DNA of 64,000 nucleotides, taken from IMG/VR virus record IMGVR_UViG_3300031576_000010, positions 1 to 64,000 of that record. One strand, given 5' to 3'. Positions 25,532 to 35,736 of this stretch are shown here, piece by piece. Each line of letters opens with the position of its first letter. Position 1 is the first letter of the stretch. Below the pieces are notes generated by a model that ran no database searches, was not told the DNA's origin, and was given only the letters and a program-made list of their open reading frames with translations. The stretch comes from a virus. A program made the position numbers and the translations under genes.

Positions 25532-26125
25532 ATGAAGAACGTGTTGGTCGCGATGATGCTGGTGCTGGTCGGATGTGTCGGAGTGGATGACGACCCACGC
25601 TGCGGCGCCGGCACGGTCGAACGCGGAGGCGAGTGTGTCGCGGGCGACGGGGATGCCGATGCCGACTCAGACGGGGACGGCGATGGCGACGGGGACGGCG
25701 ACGCCGACGGTGATGCGGACGCGGATGCCGACAGCGACGCCGACGGGGACGGCGACGGGGACGGCGACCTCGATTGCGACGAGGACCAGGACTGCTACCC
25801 AGACGAGGACGGGAACAACTGCACGGTGCCGAGGTGCTCGACGGGCGTCTGCATCCAGAGCCACGAAGAGGATCAGGACGGAGATGGGTACACGTCAATC
25901 GACTGCGGTGGGATCGACTGCGATGACCGCAACCCCGACATCAACCCGGAGCTGCCGGAGATCCCTGGCGACGGGATCGACCAGGACTGCGACGGGGCCG
26001 ATGGCGCCAACCCGGACACCGAGAACATGGACGCGACCTGCTCGGACCGGTCGGACAACGACGACGACGGCTACACCGATTGCGACGATTCCGACTGCGA
26101 CGGAACGGCTCCGTGTTCAGGCTGA
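25532..26125 (+). CDS. lipoprotein with DA/DG repeats and MopE-related metal-binding motif
   Basis: Lipobox LVGC, (GD/AD)n tract, DCDDRNPDINP...GDGIDQDCDG, DNDDDGYTDCDDSDC. Confidence 0.8.
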   Translation: MKNVLVAMMLVLVGCVGVDDDPRCGAGTVERGGECVAGDGDADADSDGDGDGDGDGDADGDADADADSDADGDGDGDGDLDCDEDQDCYPDEDGNNCTVPRCSTGVCIQSHEEDQDGDGYTSIDCGGIDCDDRNPDINPELPEIPGDGIDQDCDGADGANPDTENMDATCSDRSDNDDDGYTDCDDSDCDGTAPCSG

Positions 26126-29100
26126 TTACGGGATGTTCGCGGCGGTCACGGCCGCTCCGAGCGCTGCGGTCCCGTTTACCCCGGCCGAGTTCCTGATGAT
26201 GTTGCCCGCGTAGGTGCAGCCGGTCCCGGCACCCAGGTCCACCTCATCGGTCGCGACATCCGTCCTGGGGAACCGGTTGCCCGTGATCGCGACCCCCTGG
26301 GTCGTGACGACAAGCGCCTGAACCTGTGTGGTATCGCCCGCATCCACCACGTTGCCCGTGACCGTGCAGCCGAACGCCTGGATCCGGATGCCGATCGAGT
26401 CCGAGTCGGACACGACGAACTGGATCTCGTTGCCCGACACGACCGTCGAGGCACCTGACACGTCGATCGCGGCGGCCAGGACGTTGTCCTGCTCGGTCTC
26501 GATGTGGTTGTTCGAGATGACGCAGTTGCCCCCGCTCGTCAGGATGGCGGTCCGAAGGGTCGTGCCCGCCCCCTCGATCGTGAGGTAGTTGCCGGTGATG
26601 ACGACGTCGGGCGACGACGCGATGATGCCGACGTGCGCGTTGGTCGTGTTGTCGGTTGTGAGCGTGTTGCCCGAGATGGTCCCGTGGCCGCTTGAGTTCT
26701 CGATCAGGATACCGCCGATCGTGCTGGTCCCGTACGAGATGACGTTGCCGCTGATGACCCACTCGGTGATCGATTGGGCCAACCAGATGCCCGCCGTCGT
26801 GGACGCCCCAGCAACCTCGTCGATCACGTTGTTGCTGATCTCCACCAGCCGGATGGCATCGCCCGCCGCCGCCCCGATCTGGATTTGACCAGCCGATATG
26901 CTGTTGTCGGAAATCTCGATGTCGTCGCTGGTCGGCGCGCCAACCGGGTGGATCCAGATAGTTGGATCAGTAACCCCGCCGACAGCACCGAAATTGTTGC
27001 CGATGATTTTGAGACCTGCCTGGGCGGCCGCGAAACCAGAGTCGAAGTAGCCGGACGTCGGGCCCGCTTGCGTTTGGAACGTGTTGTGCAGAATGCGAGT
27101 GTTGAGATGCAGGAAAGACGCGCTGCCAGCGAACAGAATGCAACCGAGCGTTGCGGTCGTGGCGCGCTCGATATCGTTGCCTTCGACGAGGAGCCGCGCG
27201 GTAGCGTTGTTGACCCGGATGAACCGCCCCGTGACGAGGAACCGGTTGTTCCGGATGATCCAGTCGTTCCAAGTGGCGTCGATGGTACCGTTGAACGCGA
27301 CGCCACATTCGATATCGCAGTCGTGGACGTGCAGGTTCGCGATCGTTTCGGCGCCCGCGATCGCGCTGTCCGAGTAGAACGAGTCGGTCCCGACGTCGAA
27401 GAAGCAGTTCTCGAAAACGATCTGACTGGTCGATGACCATCCTTCCGCCATCAGGATCATGGTGGAACCGGCGGCTCCTAGGTCGACGTTGCACCCCTCC
27501 ATCCGGAACCCCTTCTCATCCGCCACCGACGTCGTGTTGGTGAAGAGGCCGGCCGACACGGTGATCTCGGCGTCTCGGATCAGCACCCACGAGGCCGTGT
27601 TGCCCCCGTACGAGATGAATCGCTCGCCAGTAATTGCCAGGTCGCCCCCGATCCACTCCAGCGCGCCGTTCGACCCGATCGTGAACTTGACGGCCGCGCC
27701 ACTGAGCGTGACGGTGACGTCCGGGTCGCACGTGATGCGCAACGGGGTCGTGAGCGTCATGGTCGTGATGACCGATTCGCTCACCAGGCTGGTGATGTGG
27801 AGCGCGCGGATCCCCAGGGTCGTGGCGTAATCGACGGCGGCTTGCAGGGAGAAAAACTGGGCCCTGTTGCGCGCGCCCGCCTCGCTCCTCCCGACCGTCA
27901 GGCTGCCGACGATGTTGTCCAGCCGGAAGATGTTGCGCCGGTAGTCCAACAGGGATGTGATCGCACCCGCCGCCGTCACCACCTTGGCGAGCGCGATGCC
28001 ACGGCCCGGTTGATTGGCCGACCCGTCCCCGATGATCTGCAAGAGGGTCGAGATCGAGGTGCTGGCTTGCAGCACGCCATTCAGGTCGAGGTAGAGCCAG
28101 TTGGTCGCGTTGTCGGTAAGGGCGACACCCGTCTGCTCGCCCCGCTCGATCCGCTCGCCGAAGATGTAGGAAATGCCGCCCGCCACGTTGACGTTCAAGC
28201 CGCCCGCACTCGTGACCTTCAGGCTGTTGTCTTCCGGGATCGAGCCGATCTGGTTGTAGCCGACCAGCACACCCGACACCCGCAGCTCATCGAGGTTGCG
28301 CTCGTGGACCGTCCGGCGGATCACCTGGGCGGCCGTCCCATCCCCGAAGATGAAGTAGCGGGAATCCTCGTCGTGGAAGTTGAATTCCTCGGTGGTGCCG
28401 TAGAACCGCTTGTCGAGCGCCCGCTCGGTCGTGACGCCACGGCTCGGCGTGTAACCGAGGAACCCGGTCGCCGAACCGGTCCAGCAGACCATCGCGATCC
28501 GCATGAACGCGTCGGCCGACGCGACCGTCGCGACCGTGATGGAGTCGGTCTGGCTGGCGCCCGGCAGATCGGCCGTGATGACGAATACGTCGATGTAGTC
28601 GCGGTCGTTCGCCGCGACCAACCGGAACCATCCGCCCGCCGCCACTGCAACGGTTGGACCCAAGTCCCACGCGAGCGTCTGGGCGGGGAACACGTAGGCT
28701 AGGTTCTTGGCGCCCGCGGTCGTCCCGTCCGACATGTCGATCATCTCGACGCCCGTCATCCTTGCGGGAGCGGTCGGCCAGGTCGCGCGCGCCGACACTG
28801 AGATGGCGGTGGTGTTGTCGATCAGCACCTCGTACAGCACCGCGGCGACCGGCGCGGTCGTGAACGTCACGATCGTCGACAAGATGGAGGTGAGGCGACG
28901 ACCGTTCACGTAGTAGGTGTCGACACCGGCGGGCGCCGTGACGACGAGGCGGTCGGGCGCGGTCGTCGCATCGATCGCGACCGCCAACGCGGTGCCGCTG
29001 GACCCCCGCCAGATGCCGTTCGAGTGCTGGATGTCCTGGTGGGTCTCCAGCTCCTCCAGCTCGACGCCGCCCAAGTCCGAGATGCGGAGGCCGTGTGGGT

Positions 29101-30004
29101 TGGTTGGAGTGGGGGTGCCGGTCCCAAGAAGGCTGCGGTGCAGCCAGTCCTCCGAGGTGAACCGGGCGATCGTCTGGTTGTAGAGCGCGGTGATCGTGAT
29201 GGAGTCGCTCTGGTTCGAGCCGGGCAGCGATGCCGAGATCACTTCAACGGTGATGCTGGGCGGGCTGCCGCCGCCACCGAACAGCGTGAACGAGCCGCCG
29301 CCCCCGACGTTGACGCCCGCGCCCGCCGAGCCACCTGGTGGCGTCCAGGTCAACAGGGTGCCGACGAACGTGAACGCGAGCGTGCCGGTCCCCGACGCCG
29401 TGTTGGACGAGACGCCCGTGATCGTCACGCCCGTCACGTTGATCGGCTGGGACGAGTAGTTGATCGTGTTGAACGCGGTGGGGCTCGCGATCGAGCCGGC
29501 CGTCAAGGCGCCGCCGGTTGCGGTCACGCGCGCGAGCACGAGGGCGCGGTCCTGCGCGTCGTTCGCGAGGTTCGGGTCGGTGGTGAGGAGGGCGGCGTAT
29601 CCAGCCGCCGTGTAGACCCGGATCCGGACTGACCGGTTCGCGTGGGTGTCGGGCGAGTTGGTGCCGGTCTCGTGGGGCTGTGGGTCGGTCTCGTTTTCCG
29701 TGTAAATCGCGAGCACGAAATTGACGACCCCGAGCACCGAGCTGGCCAACGTGATGGCCGATTGACCGGGGCTCAGCACCACGTAGTTGCCGTCGGGCGC
29801 GTAGCCGGTCCCCGCCGCCACGTCGATCTTGGTGGCGTCCGCGCCGTTCACAGTGACGCCGAACCCGCTCTGCACCCCCATGGCCGCTTCGTCGAGCGAG
29901 CGTTGGATGTGCTCGAAGATCCTGGTATCCCGCTCGAACGCGAGATCGTTCTGATGGATTTCGACGCCCTCGGGGTAGAGGGACCGCTGCGCAGACGCTG
30001 CCAT
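26126..30004 (-). CDS. tail fibre / tailspike with right-handed beta-helix
   Basis: 1292 aa; C-terminal (I/V)SGN, ITGN and ISNN repeats; position at the end of the baseplate module. Confidence 0.8.
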   Translation of the reverse strand: MAASAQRSLYPEGVEIHQNDLAFERDTRIFEHIQRSLDEAAMGVQSGFGVTVNGADATKIDVAAGTGYAPDGNYVVLSPGQSAITLASSVLGVVNFVLAIYTENETDPQPHETGTNSPDTHANRSVRIRVYTAAGYAALLTTDPNLANDAQDRALVLARVTATGGALTAGSIASPTAFNTINYSSQPINVTGVTITGVSSNTASGTGTLAFTFVGTLLTWTPPGGSAGAGVNVGGGGSFTLFGGGGSPPSITVEVISASLPGSNQSDSITITALYNQTIARFTSEDWLHRSLLGTGTPTPTNPHGLRISDLGGVELEELETHQDIQHSNGIWRGSSGTALAVAIDATTAPDRLVVTAPAGVDTYYVNGRRLTSILSTIVTFTTAPVAAVLYEVLIDNTTAISVSARATWPTAPARMTGVEMIDMSDGTTAGAKNLAYVFPAQTLAWDLGPTVAVAAGGWFRLVAANDRDYIDVFVITADLPGASQTDSITVATVASADAFMRIAMVCWTGSATGFLGYTPSRGVTTERALDKRFYGTTEEFNFHDEDSRYFIFGDGTAAQVIRRTVHERNLDELRVSGVLVGYNQIGSIPEDNSLKVTSAGGLNVNVAGGISYIFGERIERGEQTGVALTDNATNWLYLDLNGVLQASTSISTLLQIIGDGSANQPGRGIALAKVVTAAGAITSLLDYRRNIFRLDNIVGSLTVGRSEAGARNRAQFFSLQAAVDYATTLGIRALHITSLVSESVITTMTLTTPLRITCDPDVTVTLSGAAVKFTIGSNGALEWIGGDLAITGERFISYGGNTASWVLIRDAEITVSAGLFTNTTSVADEKGFRMEGCNVDLGAAGSTMILMAEGWSSTSQIVFENCFFDVGTDSFYSDSAIAGAETIANLHVHDCDIECGVAFNGTIDATWNDWIIRNNRFLVTGRFIRVNNATARLLVEGNDIERATTATLGCILFAGSASFLHLNTRILHNTFQTQAGPTSGYFDSGFAAAQAGLKIIGNNFGAVGGVTDPTIWIHPVGAPTSDDIEISDNSISAGQIQIGAAAGDAIRLVEISNNVIDEVAGASTTAGIWLAQSITEWVISGNVISYGTSTIGGILIENSSGHGTISGNTLTTDNTTNAHVGIIASSPDVVITGNYLTIEGAGTTLRTAILTSGGNCVISNNHIETEQDNVLAAAIDVSGASTVVSGNEIQFVVSDSDSIGIRIQAFGCTVTGNVVDAGDTTQVQALVVTTQGVAITGNRFPRTDVATDEVDLGAGTGCTYAGNIIRNSAGVNGTAALGAAVTAANIP

Positions 30005-30017
30005 AATGTTCTCCTCT

Positions 30018-30667
30018 TTACGCGACCAGCCCGCGGCGCGGGATCAGCGCGGACCTGACGTGCAGGCCGCGACGAAGTCGGTACTCGACGAATTCCTCGA
30101 CGGTTTTGCTGTGCTTCATCAAGTTACAGGGCTTGCACGCGCAGCAGATGTTCGAGATGTCGTTCGTCGGATGAATCTCAGCTCTGCTGAGCGGGATCTT
30201 GTGATCGACGGCGTACTCGGTGCGGAGCACGGCTTCGCAGTAGTAACAATGACCACCTTGTTCGGCGAAGAGCCTACGAAGATCGTCGGTTGTGTGCTGA
30301 CCTGGCACACCATGCTCTCGCGAGCGTCGACGGTGGTATTGGATTTCACGGCCGCAGGGTTGTTCCGAGCCCATTGACGGTAGTACTCCCTAACTCCCTC
30401 CGGATCCGCCGCTCTACGTACCTCTGCACACTTCGTCACCATGGCCCGCGCTGCATCTGGATGTGCCAGCCGCCATCTACGAACGCTTCTGCGTGCAGCC
30501 CACTCCGGGTTTTTGGCAGCCATGTCTGCATCCCTGCGACTCACACAGCTCTTGCAGTCGGCCCGAAGACCATCCTTTCCTTTGGCCTGTGAATGAAACT
30601 CCGAGCGCGGCTTCTCTTCGCCGCATTTCGAGCACCGCTTCAACGCTGGCGTCGAACGTCGCATCAA
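30018..30667 (-). pseudogene. HNH homing endonuclease, frameshifted near 30340
   Basis: N-part KRCSKCGEEKP in one frame, C-part CYYC...VDHKIP...CKPCN in another. Confidence 0.75.
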
Positions 30668-33600
30668 GGTCTCAGAATCGGGATCGTGCCGCCCACTCCG
30701 AAGGCATTCAAGCCCTTCGCGCTCACGCTCGACAGCCTGAAGTCCCGAACATCCACGATCCCAGAGATGCTGACACGGTATTGCAAGAAGCGGCCGGTCG
30801 CGGGCAAGACCGCATCCTTCTCGGTCGCGGCGTACGGGGCGGCCGCGAGCGCGATGAGCGTGGCGGCGCGCCGCCGCTCGATCGTGATGGTCGGGACTTT
30901 CGTCGGGTTGGCGCGGAGCGACTGGTAGGTCAGGAAGTAGATCGCGTCCGTGTTGAACTGGTCGGGCGCAATCAAGACGGTCTGGTTATCCAGATATCTA
31001 TACCCGACCGATGGGACCGTCCTGACGTTGAGCCCGTCATTCTCGATGAGCGATGAGGTCGTCTTGTCCTGGTCGCTCCGGTCGCCCAGCCGGGCCCTGC
31101 GGGTCTGCGGGTTGAACACCACCTGACTGGTCCGCGCGACCGTCACGAGCAACGACTCGTACCGGCTCCATGCATGGATGTCCACATAGAAGATATAGTC
31201 GGCGAACGTGCCGGCCAGGTCGATCGAGGCCGACTCGAACCTGATGAGCGCCTGGTAGTCGATCGTGTAGACGGCGCCCGAGTTGTAGCCGGTCAGGACC
31301 CGCACGACCGTCGCGCTGTCGAACTGCCAGCGGGTGTTGGGCATGAGGGTGCCGTCCTCGTACATCCGGGTGGCCGTCTGGTCCTGGTTGCTCGTGATCG
31401 CCAAGGTCGCAACGAACGGGGCGACCGGTGGAGTCGGGAACGTGAGCAGCTCGCCCGACACCAGCGAGATGCGGGCGGCGCGCAGGTATGATCTGCGCGC
31501 GGGCGTCCGGACGACCAGATCGAGGTTTGTGCGGATCCCGCCGAACAGGTCCGCCTCGGTGAACGCGCCCTTCAGGTTTTTCGCGACCCCCACCGTGTAC
31601 TCGGTCACGTCGAACCGGTCGCCCTCCACGTGGGCGGGCAGGACGGTATCGACATGGCCTTTCGGGGTCGCGGGATCGAACGGCAGGCCGATGAGCTGGT
31701 CCTCGGTGGCGGCGAGCGCGATGGGGCTCCAGATGAAGATCAGCTCGCCGAAGTAGGCGCGGTGCTCGCTCCTGGGTGTCGTGTTGACCCCGAGGTTCAG
31801 GGCGGTGACGTTCGGTTGCCGGAGGACCGCGCGCGCCAACTCGATCGTCTGGCCGGCACCAGCGCCATCGTGCCGGACCCGCACCTTGAACTGGGTGGCG
31901 GTCGCGGGCAAGACGGTCGCGAGCGAGATGTAGGTCATCTCGTCGCCCCCGTTCGCGTTGACCGACGGGACCGCAACCGCACCGCTCTCGACCCACCCGA
32001 CCCCGAAGTTGACCCCGACCCGCACGCTGATCGGGGCGGTATGGCGGTTCCGCACCCACACAGAAAACGTGAACGGCCACTCCAGGTACTGGAAGACGCG
32101 ATCGTCCGCGTCGGTCTCCAGGGTGGTGTCGCCGGTCCCATCATTCGCGAGAGCGAGCTGCTGGAAATCGAACCACCCGTACTCCAGCAGGTTGGCGTCG
32201 GCGGACGCAACGTTGTCGGCCAGCCAACCGTCCGGCACGTTCGAGCCGAGCAGCGTGACGGTCTCGGTGTCGTTGATGCCCGGCAGCGACCCCGCCACTA
32301 CCGTGATGCTCGCGCCCTGCTCTTCGTTGGCCGACCCATCAAGCTGGTAGGGGAACGAGCTGTACTGCTCGACCACATCGCCCGCCAGCTTGCCGATCAC
32401 GAGCCCGGGGGCCGGTACTGTCAAGATGTCGGTCGTCCGGTTGTTCGCCGAGATGGTGACGAGTTCCTCGCGGACCGTGTTGCGCGCGACAACCACCTGG
32501 AACGTGTTGCTCGCGTCGGCCGATCGGAAATCGTCCGAGCTGACCAGCTCCAACGAGGTCGACCCGATTGCCTCGGGATTGACGAGGGTGCTGCGGACCC
32601 ACGGGTAGCCCAGCACCGTGAAGTACGCGTCGGCCGCGATGTTTTCCAAGACGATCGAGGCGGTCGCGCCAGCCGTGCTGGCGGGTGTCTGGAGCCGGAC
32701 GCGATCGGTCGTCAGGACGCTCGCGACCGCCCCGTAGGTCGCGCCGTACCGTGTGTCGGCCGTGAGGGCCGCGTTGATGTCGGCGGCGACCTGCGCGCCT
32801 GTACGGGCCCCACCAGCCGTCAGCGTGATCGTGATGGACCCTTTGCCATCCAGGTTGAGTCGGAGCTTGTCGTTGGTCGCCGCGACGATCGCGAACGTCC
32901 CGTTCGTCCGGCCGTCCAGGCGGGCGGGCAGGGCAGGCCCGTTCAGCTCGAACGCGCCCCCCGCCCCCACGTTGACGGCTGGCCCAATCGCGCCCCCCGG
33001 CGTCGTCCACGCGAGCGTCGTGCCAACGAACGTGAACGTCAGGGTCCCGGCACCCAACTGGTTGGCCGGCCCGAACCCGGTTGGCGTGACGCCCGGGATC
33101 GCGGACGCGCGAGTGAACTGGCTGCGGTCCCGCTCCTGAAACCTGGCGTTTCGCACGAACGAGTCGCCCAGCACCCAGCGGGGCCCGAACGTCCGGAACG
33201 GGAACGCCAATGGGGTGGCGGTCGTGATCGATGAGACGGTATTGTCCAGCCCCTTGCGTCGCCCGCCGAACATCCGGTACGCCTGGTGGACTTCCTGGAG
33301 CTGCTCGCGGTACGCCTCGTGCTGGTAGGCGGGCGTATTGAGGTGGAGGAGCCGCTTGCCCCATACGTCCTCGATCTGGCCCCGCTCAGCCGTTTCGAGC
33401 CGGAGGTCGTTGAACGAGTCGGTGATGTTGGCGTCGATGACTTCCAGGACCTCGGCGAGCGCGGCGAGCGCGGTGTGGACATGGCGGGCGTCGACGGTCG
33501 TCTGGATCCGTTCGGCCGTGATGTCGTCTTCCAGGACGATCGTGTTCTTTCCGAGGTCGAGCGTCAGGGAGAACCGGGCAACCGAGTCGGTGTCGGTCGT

Positions 33601-33813
33601 GACGGTCCCGCGGAACCGGTCGTTCGTGAAGATGCCGAACACGCGGTTCGGCTGGCTGGTCTGCATGACCAGGTCGTACGGCCGGGTTCCCTGGTACGGG
33701 ATCCGGATGCCGGTCGCCTGGTAGAACTGTCCATTGGGGATCTCGTCGATGAGGTCGGCGTACCGATTCACATCGGAGCCATCAAGATTCCTGCCTGGAT
33801 TTCCCGGCATCAC
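30664..33813 (-). CDS. baseplate wedge / tail structural protein
   Basis: 1049 aa; downstream of baseplate J; shares beta-rich domains with the sheath and neck proteins. Confidence 0.65.
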   Translation of the reverse strand: MMPGNPGRNLDGSDVNRYADLIDEIPNGQFYQATGIRIPYQGTRPYDLVMQTSQPNRVFGIFTNDRFRGTVTTDTDSVARFSLTLDLGKNTIVLEDDITAERIQTTVDARHVHTALAALAEVLEVIDANITDSFNDLRLETAERGQIEDVWGKRLLHLNTPAYQHEAYREQLQEVHQAYRMFGGRRKGLDNTVSSITTATPLAFPFRTFGPRWVLGDSFVRNARFQERDRSQFTRASAIPGVTPTGFGPANQLGAGTLTFTFVGTTLAWTTPGGAIGPAVNVGAGGAFELNGPALPARLDGRTNGTFAIVAATNDKLRLNLDGKGSITITLTAGGARTGAQVAADINAALTADTRYGATYGAVASVLTTDRVRLQTPASTAGATASIVLENIAADAYFTVLGYPWVRSTLVNPEAIGSTSLELVSSDDFRSADASNTFQVVVARNTVREELVTISANNRTTDILTVPAPGLVIGKLAGDVVEQYSSFPYQLDGSANEEQGASITVVAGSLPGINDTETVTLLGSNVPDGWLADNVASADANLLEYGWFDFQQLALANDGTGDTTLETDADDRVFQYLEWPFTFSVWVRNRHTAPISVRVGVNFGVGWVESGAVAVPSVNANGGDEMTYISLATVLPATATQFKVRVRHDGAGAGQTIELARAVLRQPNVTALNLGVNTTPRSEHRAYFGELIFIWSPIALAATEDQLIGLPFDPATPKGHVDTVLPAHVEGDRFDVTEYTVGVAKNLKGAFTEADLFGGIRTNLDLVVRTPARRSYLRAARISLVSGELLTFPTPPVAPFVATLAITSNQDQTATRMYEDGTLMPNTRWQFDSATVVRVLTGYNSGAVYTIDYQALIRFESASIDLAGTFADYIFYVDIHAWSRYESLLVTVARTSQVVFNPQTRRARLGDRSDQDKTTSSLIENDGLNVRTVPSVGYRYLDNQTVLIAPDQFNTDAIYFLTYQSLRANPTKVPTITIERRRAATLIALAAAPYAATEKDAVLPATGRFLQYRVSISGIVDVRDFRLSSVSAKGLNAFGVGGTIPILRP

Positions 33814-34505
33814 ACACCCTCTTCGCGTACAGGAAGGCCACGATTACGCCTGAACCGCACATACTCATCAGCAGTCTTGTCCTGCTTCTGGAGATTGCAC
33901 GGCGGGCATGCACAGCAAAGATTCTCAACCAGGTTTGATGCTCCTTGCCTGAACACCGGGATCTTGTGATCCACATGAAAAGACGTACCCAACGGAACGC
34001 CGCAGTAGAAACACGACCCAGCCTGCCGCTCGTAGATGGCCGTGACCACTGCTTGCGTCACTGTGCCGGCGAGGTCAGCCTTCCGAGCGCGGCGATTGCG
34101 TACGTGGCAGCGCACCTTTTCTTTGTTTGCCTTCTTCCACTCACGGAGTCTGATTCGCTCCTCTGGTGTCCTGCTGCGACGCGCTGCCCTCTCCCGCTCC
34201 TTCTCAATATTGTCCTTAACCCAAGAGGTCGCCGCCGCTCGGACCTTTCTCTTGTTCTCCGGCCTGATGTACCACTGATTGAACTTGGTCCAACACCGTT
34301 CCGCGTATCGCTTGTGGTACTCCCGATCGCTAGCGCGCTTTCGCTCGACATTGGTCTCACGCCAGCGGGCAACACGGGCGACGACACAGACGCAACACTG
34401 GCTACACAAGCCATCCGAAGATGCTGACTTGCGATGGAAAAACTTGGAGGTGGCCGGCTTTTCCTCGCCGCACTTCGAGCACTGCTTCATCGCCGATCGC
34501 GTCAT
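33810..34505 (-). CDS. HNH homing endonuclease
   Basis: KQCSKCGEEKP; CFYCG...HVDHKIP...NLCCACPPCN. Confidence 0.85.
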   Translation of the reverse strand: MTRSAMKQCSKCGEEKPATSKFFHRKSASSDGLCSQCCVCVVARVARWRETNVERKRASDREYHKRYAERCWTKFNQWYIRPENKRKVRAAATSWVKDNIEKERERAARRSRTPEERIRLREWKKANKEKVRCHVRNRRARKADLAGTVTQAVVTAIYERQAGSCFYCGVPLGTSFHVDHKIPVFRQGASNLVENLCCACPPCNLQKQDKTADEYVRFRRNRGLPVREEGV

Positions 34506-35575
34506 GATAGCAACCCGGGCCGCCCGGCCGTTCGGTTCCGGAGGGTTCGGTCGTTGACGAATCCGATCGACGTGCCCGCATTTGACAGGACGCGGAACTC
34601 GAACGTCAGCAAGTAGGTGAAGGCGTCGACCAGTTCGGTCAGGAACCCGCTGGCCAGGTAGACCCTGAGCGTCACGGTCCTGGGGGTCCGGACCTCCGGT
34701 GACTCGGTCCGGATGAAGTCGGCCGCGACCTCCCGGACGAGCGCCGGCTCATTGGCGAACAGGATGAGGGCTGGCACAACGAAATCGTCGAGTGCAACGG
34801 TGAAATCGTACGGCTGTGTCAGGGACGGGTTGACCGCCCGAAACACGACCGACACGCTGGCGTCTGGATCGAACGGGGCGCCGTCGTAGATGACGAACGA
34901 GTTGGCCCGCACGACCACCCTGTTGCGCACGCGCGTGAGCCGCAGGATGCCGCCCCGCGTATCGTTCGGGACGATGACGTTCTCGACCGTCGCATCCCCC
35001 ATCACGCACGTGATCCGGAAGATGTGGCGGAAACGTGGCGGTAGAGACGCGTCGAACTCGCGCGACACACGGAAGTAGTTGGATGCGTCGACCCGCAGCT
35101 CGAAGTCGAAGAACCGGGTGGTAGCGGCGGGCGGCAGCCCCACCACATTCGTGATGATGTCGAACGAGACCTGCGTCTCGACGATCGGGTCGAACGTCAG
35201 GACGGACGTCAGGACCGCCGAGCTGTTGACGGTCGTGCCGGACCGAAGGCGTAGATCATCGTCCTGCACGACTGTGCCCGACCCCGTCGTACTCGCCGTC
35301 CACTTGGTCGGGTCGATCACGACACCCGTGAAGCTATCGTCCCGGCTGGTGTCGATGAAGACGTTCGGCAGCCCATCCGTCGTTCCACCGATCAACGTCA
35401 GGATGGTGCCGCCCTCGATCGGCCCATCCACCACCGCCTCGATGATGGCGGGGGGCGTCGGCGAAGGTGGCGGTAGCTGCGTGCATACTTGGAACCCCTG
35501 ACTAACTACGGAATCGATAGTGGCTTCGCCAAAAGACGCGCCACTGTCGAATCCCTCGCCAGGAAAGTCCGCCAC
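34502..35575 (-). CDS. virion structural protein (paralog of 36704-37627)
   Basis: Shared KWTAST and C-terminal NDxxLRNxxAGRPG motifs. Confidence 0.65.
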   Translation of the reverse strand: MADFPGEGFDSGASFGEATIDSVVSQGFQVCTQLPPPSPTPPAIIEAVVDGPIEGGTILTLIGGTTDGLPNVFIDTSRDDSFTGVVIDPTKWTASTTGSGTVVQDDDLRLRSGTTVNSSAVLTSVLTFDPIVETQVSFDIITNVVGLPPAATTRFFDFELRVDASNYFRVSREFDASLPPRFRHIFRITCVMGDATVENVIVPNDTRGGILRLTRVRNRVVVRANSFVIYDGAPFDPDASVSVVFRAVNPSLTQPYDFTVALDDFVVPALILFANEPALVREVAADFIRTESPEVRTPRTVTLRVYLASGFLTELVDAFTYLLTFEFRVLSNAGTSIGFVNDRTLRNRTAGRPGLLS

Positions 35576-35576
35576 G

Positions 35577-35735
35577 CTACTCCTCGCACTGGTTCATTTC
35601 TTGAGCTTGTGCCGACGGATCTGGTGAACCCTCACCAAATACCGGCGCCTCGAACGGTTCTCCAGACGGGGGATCGGGCGGTCCTTCGCCGAACGATGTT
35701 GTCGGATCAAACCCCTCTCCCGGGAAGTCGGCCAC
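35577..35735 (-). CDS. small Pro-rich ORF duplicating the N-terminus of the next gene
   Basis: MADFPGEGFDxxxSFGE is shared with 34502-35575. Confidence 0.4.
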   Translation of the reverse strand: MADFPGEGFDPTTSFGEGPPDPPSGEPFEAPVFGEGSPDPSAQAQEMNQCEE

Positions 35736-35736
35736 G

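Noticed and set aside
25640-25770. GACGGCGAC-type tandem repeat as a separate element
   Set aside because: It simply encodes the DG/DA tract of the lipoprotein.
32618-32636. Possible self-target of spacer 8 (17 of the first 19 nt match)
   Set aside because: The match does not extend, and such similarity is plausible by chance in GC-rich DNA; no systematic self-target search was possible.
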